A stretch of 63,948 nucleotides of DNA, filler included, from Globobulimina sp. (GCA_003354225.1; 36 parts of 36 records of this genome joined end to end with filler, not necessarily neighbours in it), one strand, 5' to 3'; positions 9,099-20,567 are shown, numbered from the whole stretch's first letter. A program made the numbers and translations. Notes: a model not told the origin generated them from the letters alone.

Positions 9099-10580
9099 TT
9101 AACAAAGTGCAATATTATTGAATAAATTAAATACAATATCATTTTCATTCTTGTCCAAATTCTTCAGTTCACATTCATTTTCATAAGTTAGACAGTGTTT
9201 GAGAAGACTCTTCATTCGACATATATGGGGGCTTTTGTATTCAAAGAAAGTAATGTTTTGTCTTTCCAGTGCAAATGTAGCCAAGTATGAGTCAGGAATA
9301 GGAAATTTAATTTGAATTTTCGCCGTCAGTTGTTCAGTAAGGTTAAATTTTGATGTAAAAACTGGTTGACATGAGTTACTATGCACTGCCAATGATGTAA
9401 TGAACAAAGTGAGCCCTGATGACAGAAAAAATGTTGGAATAGAGCAGTACAAAAATATTTTGATGCTGATTGAACCATTGCTCTGTTCAGAATTTGAACG
9501 TTGAAAAAGCTGTGACAGCATAGTTAGCAACATGTTTGTGAAACAACCTTTCTGTGTGAGAATAAAATGACCAACTGACAAAAGCCAATGGATATTCTTA
9601 TTTCTAGTGCCCTGTTTCAGGGTCTTCAGGTCTGCAGCATCCACCCATGAATTCCAATTCGAATTGTATCCTTTCCAAGCAACATACGCTAAGAGTTTTC
9701 CATTTACTTTCTTCTTCTTCAGTACTTTTCGAACTTCAAAAAGATCGTCGTCCATATTTACATTTATTTGCTGCAGTTCTGTAGAGTACGCTCTGCCTTC
9801 CAACTTTTTCCCTCTTGTATCTGTCAAACCATACATGGGAAGTTTCTGGCCCTTTGAAATATCAGAAATTGTAAAGTATTCCCTTGTCCAGTTACCATCT
9901 GGGCCAGCTTCTTTGTCAAACACATTCTTCAATCGTGATAGTCTAACTTTGTCTCCTGGCTTTGGGTCATTTTTCTTGGGGAGTACTTTAGTTTCTCTCT
10001 TGACTTTCACACCATACAGTTTGCGAAAAGCTGCGCGATCAGCCTCTGCTTTTGTCATTATATCCAATGGTGTCTGCCCAGTTACACGGCTTTTAGTCCG
10101 GTTATAATGGTGTATACACTGTTTTAATGGCTGAATCCAGTCAAGTGTGTTTTTAGAATGTTGAAAGCGTCTAATAAATGATCTGGCTGTTCTGATGAAG
10201 CGCTCTGATTTCGGACTCTTGGTTTTGGATGAAGTGGTATAAAAGTGTATTCCTTTGTTTTTGAAAAATGCTCTTGTGCTGGCAGAGATGTGTTCCCCTG
10301 CTTTATCCCCGAGGGCCTTTTCTGGTTTATATCCAGTAGCCAGAATGACTTCTATGGCGTCTTGTATATTTTTGGATTTATTTGCTGGCAATGGTACACC
10401 AAAGGTGAATCTGCTGTAAGAATCCTGAGCAACTAATGCGAATCGCATTTCAGCACTAGAAAGGGGGTCTTTTTGTGGAGTATCCTTTTGAACCATCAGG
10501 TCGAATTCCAGCAATTCTTCACAGTATTGGGGCTTAAATCTGTTTCTAGGATAATTTTTCCTTGCCTGGCGCCATAATGT
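9099..10580 (-). CDS. Polinton-type DDE integrase with C-terminal chromodomain and an extra ~170-aa extension, 5' partial
   Basis: TLWRQARKNYPR N-terminal motif; DDE triad in LEFDL / GDKAGE / KSERFIRT; YNRTKSRVTGQTP; chromodomain FEVRKVL..YVAWKGYNSNWNSWV. Confidence 0.9.
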   Translation of the reverse strand, partial: TLWRQARKNYPRNRFKPQYCEELLEFDLMVQKDTPQKDPLSSAEMRFALVAQDSYSRFTFGVPLPANKSKNIQDAIEVILATGYKPEKALGDKAGEHISASTRAFFKNKGIHFYTTSSKTKSPKSERFIRTARSFIRRFQHSKNTLDWIQPLKQCIHHYNRTKSRVTGQTPLDIMTKAEADRAAFRKLYGVKVKRETKVLPKKNDPKPGDKVRLSRLKNVFDKEAGPDGNWTREYFTISDISKGQKLPMYGLTDTRGKKLEGRAYSTELQQINVNMDDDLFEVRKVLKKKKVNGKLLAYVAWKGYNSNWNSWVDAADLKTLKQGTRNKNIHWLLSVGHFILTQKGCFTNMLLTMLSQLFQRSNSEQSNGSISIKIFLYCSIPTFFLSSGLTLFITSLAVHSNSCQPVFTSKFNLTEQLTAKIQIKFPIPDSYLATFALERQNITFFEYKSPHICRMKSLLKHCLTYENECELKNLDKNENDIVFNLFNNIALC

Positions 10581-10684
10581 ATNNNNNNNNNNNNNNNNNN
10601 NNNNNNNNNNNNNNNNNNNNNNNNNNTTAATTAATTAANNNNNNNNNNNNNNNNNNNNNNNNNNNNNNNNNNNNNNNNNNNNCA

Positions 10685-12362
10685 CAAACCACAAAACAGA
10701 CAGACACAAAACAAGCCGACACACAACAGAATGAATACGATATTGGTTTTATAAAAAATAAAGTAAAAACAGCAATAAATGGATTAGATTCTTTAGATCC
10801 ATATAAAGATATTATCATTGAATATATTCAATTAAATTACACTGATTTGTTGCAGAAAGATACAAAAACATTTTCAAATGCTGTAGCAAATCATTGTGGT
10901 AACAAAAAACTTTATATACCTTTGACGAAATTGTATAAAAAAATATTTATTGACATTGAGCGCACAAATATTTATAGAAAAAAACAACTCAATGCAAATA
11001 TTAAGCAAAATACTGATAAATCGGCCTATAATCGATTACTATCTAATTTTATGAATTTTTGTGAAATTATTAATGCGACAGAAAATATAAAAATAGCAAA
11101 GTGGGACAAACTCAGTAAACAACAAGTTATTATTTGTAGTTTATTATCAAAATGGATATATGATCCAAAACACTATAAACCAATATTAAATAATACAAAT
11201 TTATCAATCAAAAGTTCTGCAGAAAGCAAAGGAAATGAGATAACCAAATGGTCATTTCTCGTGAATCAACATTTAAAAATTGGATATATTGTATTCAGAG
11301 GAACAGCCAGTGGCGAATTTGAGTCATTAGGCGTTGATGTTTTAACTGATATTTCTATAATACCCACACCAATTTGGGTTGGCGATGCGCGTGCTCCTGA
11401 TGAGAAACACCAATCAGGTTTGGATTGGATCGATAAAACAAGAAACAAGCGTTGCCGTTTTGACTTCGCAGTACATAGTGGTATATATTCTGCTGTATTG
11501 AGAACATTCGGTAGTATTTTAGCTAAATTGCATGAATTTAATACATTGTTTGATGAGTTATATGTAACTGGGCATTCTCTTGGAGGTGGTTTGGCAATGT
11601 TAAGTATTTTCTATTACTTTCCAGTATAATGTTACTGTCACATAAGCACATGTACAGACTGTTTGGTTTAGAGTTATTATTAAAAGATGTGATTCCAACA
11701 CATATAAAATGTAGCATTGTTACATTTGGATCACCACAGGTTATCTCCCTGGAAAATAAGATAATAGAACACAATGAGAAATCAAAAGTATTATTGTCCA
11801 GATTGCATTCAATGACTCATTGTTTTATAAATAAATTTGATATAGTTCCTAGAGTACCAAGTCAATGGATTTTAGAAATATTATTACCGGAAATGCCCAA
11901 AATATTAAAATCAACCATGTCATCTGGATTTATAATGGATATTGGTATAAATATGTATGCCGCAGGATATATAAATCAGTTAAGAGATAGTTTTATTAAA
12001 CATCAAGAAATTTTAAATACATTTCAATCATTTGGCACTGTGTATATTTTATTACATGACAAAGATAAAAATGTATATGTTATTGATGATGCAGCTGATA
12101 CTAGAATTATCAAACATATTTTGTCGTTTATTCCTCCCGTTGAACGTTGTAAGCAAGAATTTAATGGAGAACAGTCATTTAATTATAATTATATATTAGC
12201 TCATTATTATTACAAATATGCTTTGTTTCCAATCAATGAATATGTCGAACAAACACAGTTATTGATGAAACAAAAATATTTAGAATTTGAAGACAAAATA
12301 TATGAAATTAAAGCAACTTCAAATGAATATGCAAAGATTCAAAAATATTTATTTAGGTGCGT
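10685..12362 (+). CDS. Class 3 lipase-domain multidomain protein; predicted intron 11599-11657; partial at both ends
   Basis: IVFRGT, VHSG, nucleophile motif VTGHSLGG, VTFGSP and DIVPRVP. A phase-2 intron AT|GTTAAG...CAG|A gives GGGLAILFGLEL. Confidence 0.88.
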
Positions 12363-12660
12363 NNNNNNNNNNNNNNNNNNNNNNNNNNNNNNNNNNNNNN
12401 NNNNNNTTAATTAATTAANNNNNNNNNNNNNNNNNNNNNNNNNNNNNNNNNNNNNNNNNNNNTATCAGTAATATGGTGAGAAAGGTTGGAAACGTCGCCA
12501 TTAACTTAACTAACTAAAGCTTCATCTGTTTTTTTGATAGCCTGTAATCGAAAAAATGACGATTTAAAAACAAACAATGAGGATTATAAAAATACGCATA
12601 ATAGATTCATAGATGAAAAGCTACAGAAAATAACCGACACGAAAAGAAAAATATATTGTA

Positions 12661-14060
12661 TTATAATTCTTCAACATACAACAATGGCGAAACAATTTTT
12701 CTTTTCGCATTTGGTCTCCAAAACCTCAATTCCTTTAAATTTTTGTTCTTATCATTATAAACCGTATGCGGCATAGTTGAAATCAATTGGGAATGATTAA
12801 TTAAATGTAACTGTCCATGCTTTTTACATTCATATTGTGTCCACAATACAATATCGCCGATGGTTGAGCTAAAATGAAATCTCCGCTCACTCCGTATGCC
12901 ATTTGGTAATCGAATCCGTATAGAGACGCATTCCTCGCTGTCCTCCACCTCACTCTCCATCGCATCCAACTCAATCTCATTGCAAAACATCTCATTATAA
13001 TTCTCATCCTCCAATACATCCACATTCACATCGTCCTCATTCAATGCATCCTCATAATGGTCACTTATGCCCATCCCATTGATGCCAATATCAATGTCGT
13101 CCGACTGTGCCGGCGTGAAATCCATTGGAGAGGCAATGTCATACTCACTGCCGGTATTGGATGAAAATGCATTGTTATTATTGGTTAGATTATGGCTTTC
13201 AGTCTGTATTTGTGGCTCGTTATTGTCCTTTGCTTCCTTCAATGCTCTCTCATATTCTTTATCCTGTTCGTTGACGGTGCTTCGATATTGGTCCTGTCGC
13301 GACTGCTCCATCGCTAATTGCATTTGTCTCTGTTCTAACTGCATCAATCGCCATTGTCTACGCATTTGCCGCTGTACTCTGTCTTCGTGAGACTCTCTCT
13401 CTTCGTCCTCATAGCCATCACCATCTGTGATAAATAATTATTTGTATTATTTGTGCGATTTTGCGTATGTATTTATTGCGTTATACGTGAGCGTCTACGG
13501 CTGGTTCTTCTGCGATGTCGGTTGGCGATGCCATCATCGATGCGTTGATAGCCGTGGTTGATGGCATAGAGTGGATTGGTGCCAATCAGTAAGGTGCAAT
13601 ACATTGGCAACGTTAAGCAAATACGAATTAAGATGAATGAGGGATAGATGGACATGAATATGGTATATATGCTAGATTTGGCATATAAGGAATTGGTTGG
13701 CGTGGATAGCAATGCTAAATAGATTGGCGCACCGATTAAGATTATAAAGAAACCAATTAAATTGCAAAGGATTATCATCCGTTTGGTGTATTTAAAGCCG
13801 GTTCGATTGTCGTTGTAATTTTCAACACCTTTTAACATGACGTCGAAGCGTAATATGGTTAATATGAATAAGCGGATCATTTCAATCAATGGCCACCAGA
13901 TATAATCCACTGTGACAATGTTATGAAAATAACCTAACAATACTACAGAGGTTATTATCTCGACTAAATTGCAACAGACACATAATATGTTAAACCAATA
14001 TGTACCGAATATGGTGTTGTAATTATTTAATTGTCGTATATGTTCGTCAAAGCCTCCCAT
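12661..14060 (-). CDS. Multi-pass membrane protein with coiled-coil/UIM-like and acidic regions and a C-terminal UBX domain; predicted intron 13425-13486
   Basis: UBX motif IRIRLPNGIRSERRF...STMPHTVY..LKEL. The 195-aa TM ORF splices in phase 1 (C|GTATAA...CAG|AT) to the UBX ORF. Confidence 0.8.
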
Positions 14061-14347
14061 CCTTTGCTACGTGTTTACTTAAAATTGCACTTAGATTAAA
14101 ACCAGCTTAAATGAATGATTTTGTCCTTGACTTGCATTAAAANNNNNNNNNNNNNNNNNNNNNNNNNNNNNNNNNNNNNNNNNNNNTTAATTAATTAANN
14201 NNNNNNNNNNNNNNNNNNNNNNNNNNNNNNNNNNNNNNNNNNAGATCTCAGTGGGATCAATTGATGGTCGGTGAGGATGAAGACAATTGTGCCGCTGCAT
14301 GTTAATTATATAATTCATAATCATAATCCAAATATTTTTAGCAAACA

Positions 14348-14740
14348 ATGATATCGCAAGAATCAATTACTCTAAAAAAATCTAACAAAGAACAAGCTAA
14401 ATTCAATGAATTGTTACAAAATGAAAACAAACAATTATCAGAACCTGAAGAACTGCAGAAATTGGAGGGTTTCAACAAAACATCATCGGAAACATTGCCT
14501 GATGATCCTGTAAAAAAAGAGGAGTGTAATTGTGCTGAGTGCCACGTTCGAAAAAAATGGAAACTTAAATTAGAAGAAGAGAAAAGAGCGCAAACAAACA
14601 AAAAACCAACAAAAGTAACATCGCTAAAATTTTTATTACTCCTTTCATTCATTGTTGCTGTTTTTATTCAGCAGATGTTTTTGTTGCCCATCGTGTTGGT
14701 AATGATTATCATTTTCCGAAAGGATATTTTCAATTATTAA
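14348..14740 (+). CDS. Hypothetical coiled-coil protein with a C-terminal hydrophobic anchor
   Basis: 130-aa ORF with a charged N-terminus and a long hydrophobic C-terminus. Confidence 0.5.
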   Translation: MISQESITLKKSNKEQAKFNELLQNENKQLSEPEELQKLEGFNKTSSETLPDDPVKKEECNCAECHVRKKWKLKLEEEKRAQTNKKPTKVTSLKFLLLLSFIVAVFIQQMFLLPIVLVMIIIFRKDIFNY

Positions 14741-14838
14741 TATTTGTCATAATTGCCAATTTTTTTCAACTTTGGTTTCCTGTGATTTAAAGTTGCCCAA
14801 AAAAACTTTCTTCAAAGTTTACAGTCTACCGTAATAAC

Positions 14839-15922
14839 ATGATTTCACCAACACTTGTGAGTGCATCCGCTGATGATGACATCCCCATTGCTCTTAGCAA
14901 CACCTCAAGTTCAAACCAATGTAAAATATGCCACGAATCGTTTGGAGCAATACTAAATCGTCCAACTGCATGTTTCAAATGTAATTATTTATTTTGTCAT
15001 ACCCATTCAAACCAACAACGATGGAATTTCAATGAAAACAGATTATGCTATATCTGTGATGAATGTATGCCAAATCTACATAAAATCCACATTAAACAAC
15101 GTTTAACGCATTTAACATTAAAAAATTATCCAAACGGTACACATATCAACAAAATCTCCCTAAATTCATTTGAATACCAAACATATGGCATACGTAAAAA
15201 CACAAAAATTATCCAAATTGGGAGTAAAAATGTGGAATCCTTTGATGCCCAAACTATTGCAGACACATTAAATACCATCGATATTCCATTTGAAATTACA
15301 TTAGATTTCACTGAGTGTGAACCAATAAAACCATATCATATCCAATTAAAAACACCCGTTAATATAAAAAAAAAACATTCAACATTTGGGATTCCATTAA
15401 GTGACAAATCACTGCAACGCATCTTTGATAATAGCATCACAAATAAAGTTAAAAATGTATTGTAACACAATAATATATAATTAACCGTTAACTTTTGTGT
15501 TTTTCCTATATAGATTTCCAAATCGTTATCGCCAAAAGTTATAAAAACATGTACAAAAGTTATAAAAACAGAAAACAACAACGCAAAATCTGACGAGTTT
15601 GATGAGTTAAAGAGAGATCTGATGGATTTATATGAGAGAATGAATGGATTTAATATTAAATACGACACACATAAATTACAGGAAATGTTTACAAGTAATA
15701 ATGGATGCAAATGCATTGAGTATGTGCAGAAAATGAATATTGAAAATAATAAATTGCAAAGAAAAGTGGTACAATTTCAGAAGAAATCAGAGTATGATAT
15801 GAATATAATTGAAAATAAATATAGGAATAAATTGTGGTTTGGGTTTGAGAGAATAGGGATTTATTTTTGTGTTAAAATCTATGAAATTCGAGATTGTAAG
15901 GATTTGGCTGAATATGTTAAGC
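14839..15922 (+). CDS. Degenerate FYVE-like zinc finger + PDZ-like + coiled-coil protein; predicted intron 15457-15513; 3' partial
   Basis: Spacing CKIC..F..CFKC..FCHTH..ICDEC; PDZ-like segment GIRKNTKIIQIGSKNV..IPFEITL; in-frame phase-0 intron. Confidence 0.65.
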
Positions 15923-16243
15923 NNNNNNNNNNNNNNNNNNNNNNNNNNNNNNNNNNNNNNNNNNNNTTAATTAATTAANNNNNNNNNNNNNNNNNNNNNN
16001 NNNNNNNNNNNNNNNNNNNNNNACCAAATTGAACAGTCTGATCAAAATGCCAACATGTTGGAGAAAGTGATTAACATGTTCAACATGTTGCATCTCTAAA
16101 GTTACAATAGAAACTCTTAAAATGATTACATGTTGAACAAACTTCACAACATGTCCAACATGTTTCTGACCCACAGAATGAAAATCTCTTAGAAAGTGTC
16201 CACACTCTTTTCTTAAAGTTTTGAAGCTCATTTGTTACGATAA

Positions 16244-16999
16244 ATGAAACATGCCTTGTATAATATGCTACAGCTAACACAATTTATCGAATCTGTATCC
16301 AATGACTTAGAGTTTGTCAATAAAATTCATGAAATACGTGAACTAAATGCAAATTTGGAGATATTGTGGAGGAAGAAACAGAAATTGCAATCTTATCAAA
16401 AGAAATTGAGGGAATCAATACGTGTAAAATATAAAGAGATTTCGTTAATGATTGGTGAGAAAGGTAGTGTCAAAGATGTTGATATTACATTCATACGACA
16501 TGCAGAATCCCAATTCAATGTACTGGAAGAAAACAAACAGGACAGCAAAGAATATGCGACATCAAATTTATTGTTGAATTGCGGATTAACACAAAAAGGC
16601 AGGGCACAAAGCGGTAAACTGAAATTCAGATTTGATTTGCTAATTATGTCTCCACTGAAACGATGCAAACAAACATTGGAACATTCACAGATAAAATATG
16701 ATGAAATAATTACAATGGATACCTTCCGTGAATATAAAACAGACATTTGTGATTTTATGGTGAATGAAAAAATAATAAAAGAAACAGAAATTGATATAAT
16801 AAATAGAACCAAGGCAAGCAAAGATATTTTGAGATATATTGTCAATAATAATGATAATATTAAATCAATTGGAATCGTATCACACTATGAATTCATTTGG
16901 TATTTTACTTCAGAGATTATCCACAATGAAAGATTTGGCGCAGGTTTGAAAAATGCTGATAGCATAACTGTGAGTTACAGTACTTTAGAGTGGTGTTGA
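16244..16999 (+). CDS. Histidine phosphatase (phosphoglycerate mutase-like) family protein with N-terminal coiled coil
   Basis: FIRHAES, LTQKGRAQ, SPLKRCKQT, FRE and IVSH motifs. Confidence 0.85.
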   Translation: MKHALYNMLQLTQFIESVSNDLEFVNKIHEIRELNANLEILWRKKQKLQSYQKKLRESIRVKYKEISLMIGEKGSVKDVDITFIRHAESQFNVLEENKQDSKEYATSNLLLNCGLTQKGRAQSGKLKFRFDLLIMSPLKRCKQTLEHSQIKYDEIITMDTFREYKTDICDFMVNEKIIKETEIDIINRTKASKDILRYIVNNNDNIKSIGIVSHYEFIWYFTSEIIHNERFGAGLKNADSITVSYSTLEWC

Positions 17000-17126
17000 T
17001 TTATTTAAACTTATTGAAAAACCTCGTAAAATTAAAATAACCCATCCAAATGGCAACCAAAAGCAAAAAAAACACGTTGGTCATACAACCTTGTCGGTAT
17101 ATTCAAAAAGAAAAGAATATACGTAG

Positions 17127-17702
17127 TCAAACAGAAGCCAGTTTTAAAGTAGAAATACAATCATTATTATCATTATTTCTTTTTTTCAATGCAATTCTTC
17201 TCGATCTTGAGCTGCCATTACTCACTTTACTATAATTATTATTATTATAATTGTTTGGAATAAACTGTCTTTGTCCAGTATTTTTATTATTATTTTTTTT
17301 CCGAATATTTTTAATATTTTTTATTTTAGTTTTTGATCGTTTTTGATTTGTTATAACTTTGGTAATGTCGTCCAATAAATCCCTAGATTTATGTGAATAA
17401 TGTCTACGGTTTTTATTTTTTTTCCTCACGATGGACGTTTCCAAATTAGCTCCAATTTCTAAATCTAAATCGTGATCGAATGACAAACTCGTTACATTAT
17501 GCATGTTATTCATATTATTCTTCTTTCTCTCTTTGTTCAAATGCATACTCAGCTCACTCTCATGACCAATGTTTGAATTATTTGAATTGTTTGAATTATT
17601 TGAAGATGATTGATTGGCAATAAATTTATTTAAATTCCACATCACCGTTTTCAATCTATCAATGTCTTTATGCTTTGATATCAATTCTTTTTTAAAATGT
17701 TT
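17127..17702 (-). CDS. Asn/Lys-rich low-complexity protein, C-terminal fragment
   Basis: Open frame with poly-N tracts and no recognisable domain. Confidence 0.5.
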   Translation of the reverse strand, partial: KHFKKELISKHKDIDRLKTVMWNLNKFIANQSSSNNSNNSNNSNIGHESELSMHLNKERKKNNMNNMHNVTSLSFDHDLDLEIGANLETSIVRKKNKNRRHYSHKSRDLLDDITKVITNQKRSKTKIKNIKNIRKKNNNKNTGQRQFIPNNYNNNNYSKVSNGSSRSRRIALKKRNNDNNDCISTLKLASV

Positions 17703-17937
17703 NNNNNNNNNNNNNNNNNNNNNNNNNNNNNNNNNNNNNNNNNNNNTTAATTAATTAANNNNNNNNNNNNNNNNNNNNNNNNNNNNNNNNNNNNNNNNNN
17801 NNCGACTTGTACATAGTTGAATATATGACTATAATTTGGTGGAAAAGTTCCTCCATACTTTATAGTCATATTATAGTCATATTATATATGATTCTGCGTC
17901 TTATAGGAGTTAACCCTGTAAGGATAGAATTATTGCC

Positions 17938-18561
17938 ATGGATGTCGCCAGCTCAACGTATGGAGAGTATACACATACAAATATTGCACATACACATACG
18001 GATTATCTTCACGCTGAGAATAATTTATGTAAATATGATCGAAGCATCACATTATCGACAATAATAGCAAAATTTAGTGAGGCATCAGACGAAATATGGG
18101 TGATAATTCGTAATATTTTTAGAGAATATCATCTATATAAATTATATTATGTGTTATCAAGAAATCACAGCAAAGCCATTGCTTTATCCACACGCATTGC
18201 AGGAGACAAAGTTGGATTATATTATTTTGTCATTACAAGTGTATTAAATGAATTAATAATCATCGGAAATAAGTTAGGAATGAATGTTTTTGCATTGCAA
18301 ATGATACATCAAATGCATTATTATCACGGAAAATATTTAAATTATGTCAAATATACTCCATTCGGGACAGCAGGTTATCGCACAAAGGCATATAAGTTGG
18401 GGAGAAATTGTAAGAAAATGTTAGAAATCATATATAAATCAATAAAATTATTCAAGCCAACTCATGATCGAGTTTTTACTGAAATGATATGTAATATTGA
18501 CACTTTAAAGGATGATTTACATTTTGCTTTGAGAGACATATGGTTCAGGTCGCCAATATAA
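17938..18561 (+). CDS. Hypothetical protein
   Basis: 207-aa intronless ORF overlapping the next ORF by 22 nt. Confidence 0.45.
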   Translation: MDVASSTYGEYTHTNIAHTHTDYLHAENNLCKYDRSITLSTIIAKFSEASDEIWVIIRNIFREYHLYKLYYVLSRNHSKAIALSTRIAGDKVGLYYFVITSVLNELIIIGNKLGMNVFALQMIHQMHYYHGKYLNYVKYTPFGTAGYRTKAYKLGRNCKKMLEIIYKSIKLFKPTHDRVFTEMICNIDTLKDDLHFALRDIWFRSPI

Positions 18562-19217
18562 TTAAAAAATATTTATCCTCATTGGATCATAAAAATACGC
18601 CATCAAAACTGTTATCGTTATTTCATTTTATATCAGAAAATAAAAGCGTTGTTGATAATATGTTAGAAATTGCTAAAAATGTACAAGATGTCGAACAAAA
18701 AGAAAAATTAATATTTGCGCAAATTGAGGCAGTATTTGCGAAAAGGAAAGAGGCCAAAATTCAACGATGTGACAGTGACTCGGAGGATGATCCAGATCCA
18801 GAAAGCAATGAAGTAGATTTGGATCAGGATGAGATACAAATGAATGATGAAAATGTACATTGTATTTTGGATATTGAGATACAAAAAAGGATAGAATTTA
18901 TTATGGAAAAATCATCAAAACGGAAACGGAGAGGACGCCTTGAATTGAAGACGGTATTTGAAGTCTGTGATGTATGTAATAGTGCACCAAAGAAAGAAAG
19001 TTGTTTAGTATGTGGAAATCCCAATGATTTAGAGATGAAAAATGATTTTAAATTGATTTCATGGCTTTATGAATATGATGGAGATGAATTTACTGACGAA
19101 TGGGAAGGAAAAAGGGATGAAACTGTAGAGAAATGGATGGAATCAACAAATAATACATCTATCAATCTAGAAAATGAACACTTAATTAATTACAGACCAA
19201 TTGTTATTGATGAATAA
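18540..19217 (+). CDS. Hypothetical protein with an acidic tract, basic NLS-like patch and CxxC-x7-CxxC putative zinc ribbon
   Basis: KRKRRGR and CDVC...CLVC motifs. Confidence 0.55.
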   Translation: MVQVANIIKKYLSSLDHKNTPSKLLSLFHFISENKSVVDNMLEIAKNVQDVEQKEKLIFAQIEAVFAKRKEAKIQRCDSDSEDDPDPESNEVDLDQDEIQMNDENVHCILDIEIQKRIEFIMEKSSKRKRRGRLELKTVFEVCDVCNSAPKKESCLVCGNPNDLEMKNDFKLISWLYEYDGDEFTDEWEGKRDETVEKWMESTNNTSINLENEHLINYRPIVIDE

Positions 19218-20567
19218 CATTAATTTGTTTTTTTTTTCAAAATTTGAAAATATTTTTCATTGATTTGTTTTTATTTTTTTCTGGTGTTTTCTGGTGTATG
19301 GCGCACCGGATGTAAGCAAAAACGTGTTGCCGATCTCACTTCCATCACTTTTCAGCAACTCACAAAAAAAAAGACGCTAAAACCAAGAATAAACACAAGC
19401 ATATAAACACCATCATGTTAAGATTACATTTACGATCATATTTTATATTAGCACATTCGCAACATTTTATATGCATCATACTNNNNNNNNNNNNNNNNNN
19501 NNNNNNNNNNNNNNNNNNNNNNNNNNTTAATTAATTAANNNNNNNNNNNNNNNNNNNNNNNNNNNNNNNNNNNNNNNNNNNNTTGCGTTTTTCAGTGGGT
19601 CACCTAAGGGAATTACTCAATCACCACCATGAAAAAAAAAACGTTCTTCATCCATTCTATCATATACAAACTACAAAAGTCAATGGTATTTATGGGTGCT
19701 GGATTTTATGCATTGCAGAATATATTTAATTTTCTACAATAACAAAATTTCAAATGTCAAATATTTTGTTGGGATTAATACATAATTATTCAAACTGTTT
19801 AGTTTGCGCTCCAATCAATAATGTCTCTAATCCTGTGTGTATTTGCAATTCCAATTTATGATTGTGTGGTATTTGAATATAGTTTGTTTGAAACCATTTT
19901 TTTAATCCATTATAAAATATCCATCCAGATCCAATATCATTTTTATCCTTTGTTTCTGATTTATATTCTTAAATATTAACATACATTATCACACAATTCC
20001 ATTGCTTTATATTCTTATCATTGGTGATTTGTTTGTGTGTGCCATGCCACAGTTCCTTTGCGTTTACCTGGTACGCAGTCATGATGAAAAATGTAGATGT
20101 GTAAAAATGGTTTTTTAAGTACCACTTTAAACATCTCGACATCTCAATGTCACCATGCTGCCACTACAACAGCATCGAATTCATTGAATGAAACTATTGG
20201 AGGAATTATTGAATGACATATGCATTGAATCTCATCTCATTGCAAACATTATATGTCCACATAGCTCAAATAGAGCAATGTTTTTAACATGATACAGGTT
20301 TAAATCCTGTTGTGGACACTTTTGTGCTGCGGCACCATAGGTTTGTGCATCTATTATTTATTACATACAACAAATAACAAACAAAATATTTATTACATAA
20401 ATTATATCATTTATCCTCGCACACAATTTTCTGTGCAAGGATATAATGTAATGTTTGATAATTTTAATTTGTGTTTGATTGTAATCAAATTAATGTATTT
20501 GATTTTTTGTTTTATTTTGTTATTTTTGTTTGATTTTTTGTTGATTTTTTTGCTTGATTTATTGTTC

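Larger units (their letters stand above)
8903..10582. mobile_element. Fragment of a second Polinton/Maverick-like element: pPolB C-terminus converging on a chromodomain integrase
   Basis: Two hallmark Polinton genes lie tail-to-tail, 7 nt apart, with no introns. Confidence 0.85.

Noticed and set aside
7123..10582. Treating the two adjacent Polinton-like contigs as one continuous element
   Set aside because: They are separated by a linker in a size-sorted concatenation and encode two different integrases. Adjacency is not evidence of linkage.
16244..16999. Giant-virus origin of the histidine phosphatase gene
   Set aside because: It is intronless and AT-rich, but its neighbour is a typical host Asn-rich gene and there are no viral hallmark genes or hairpins. 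Origin cannot be judged without a search.
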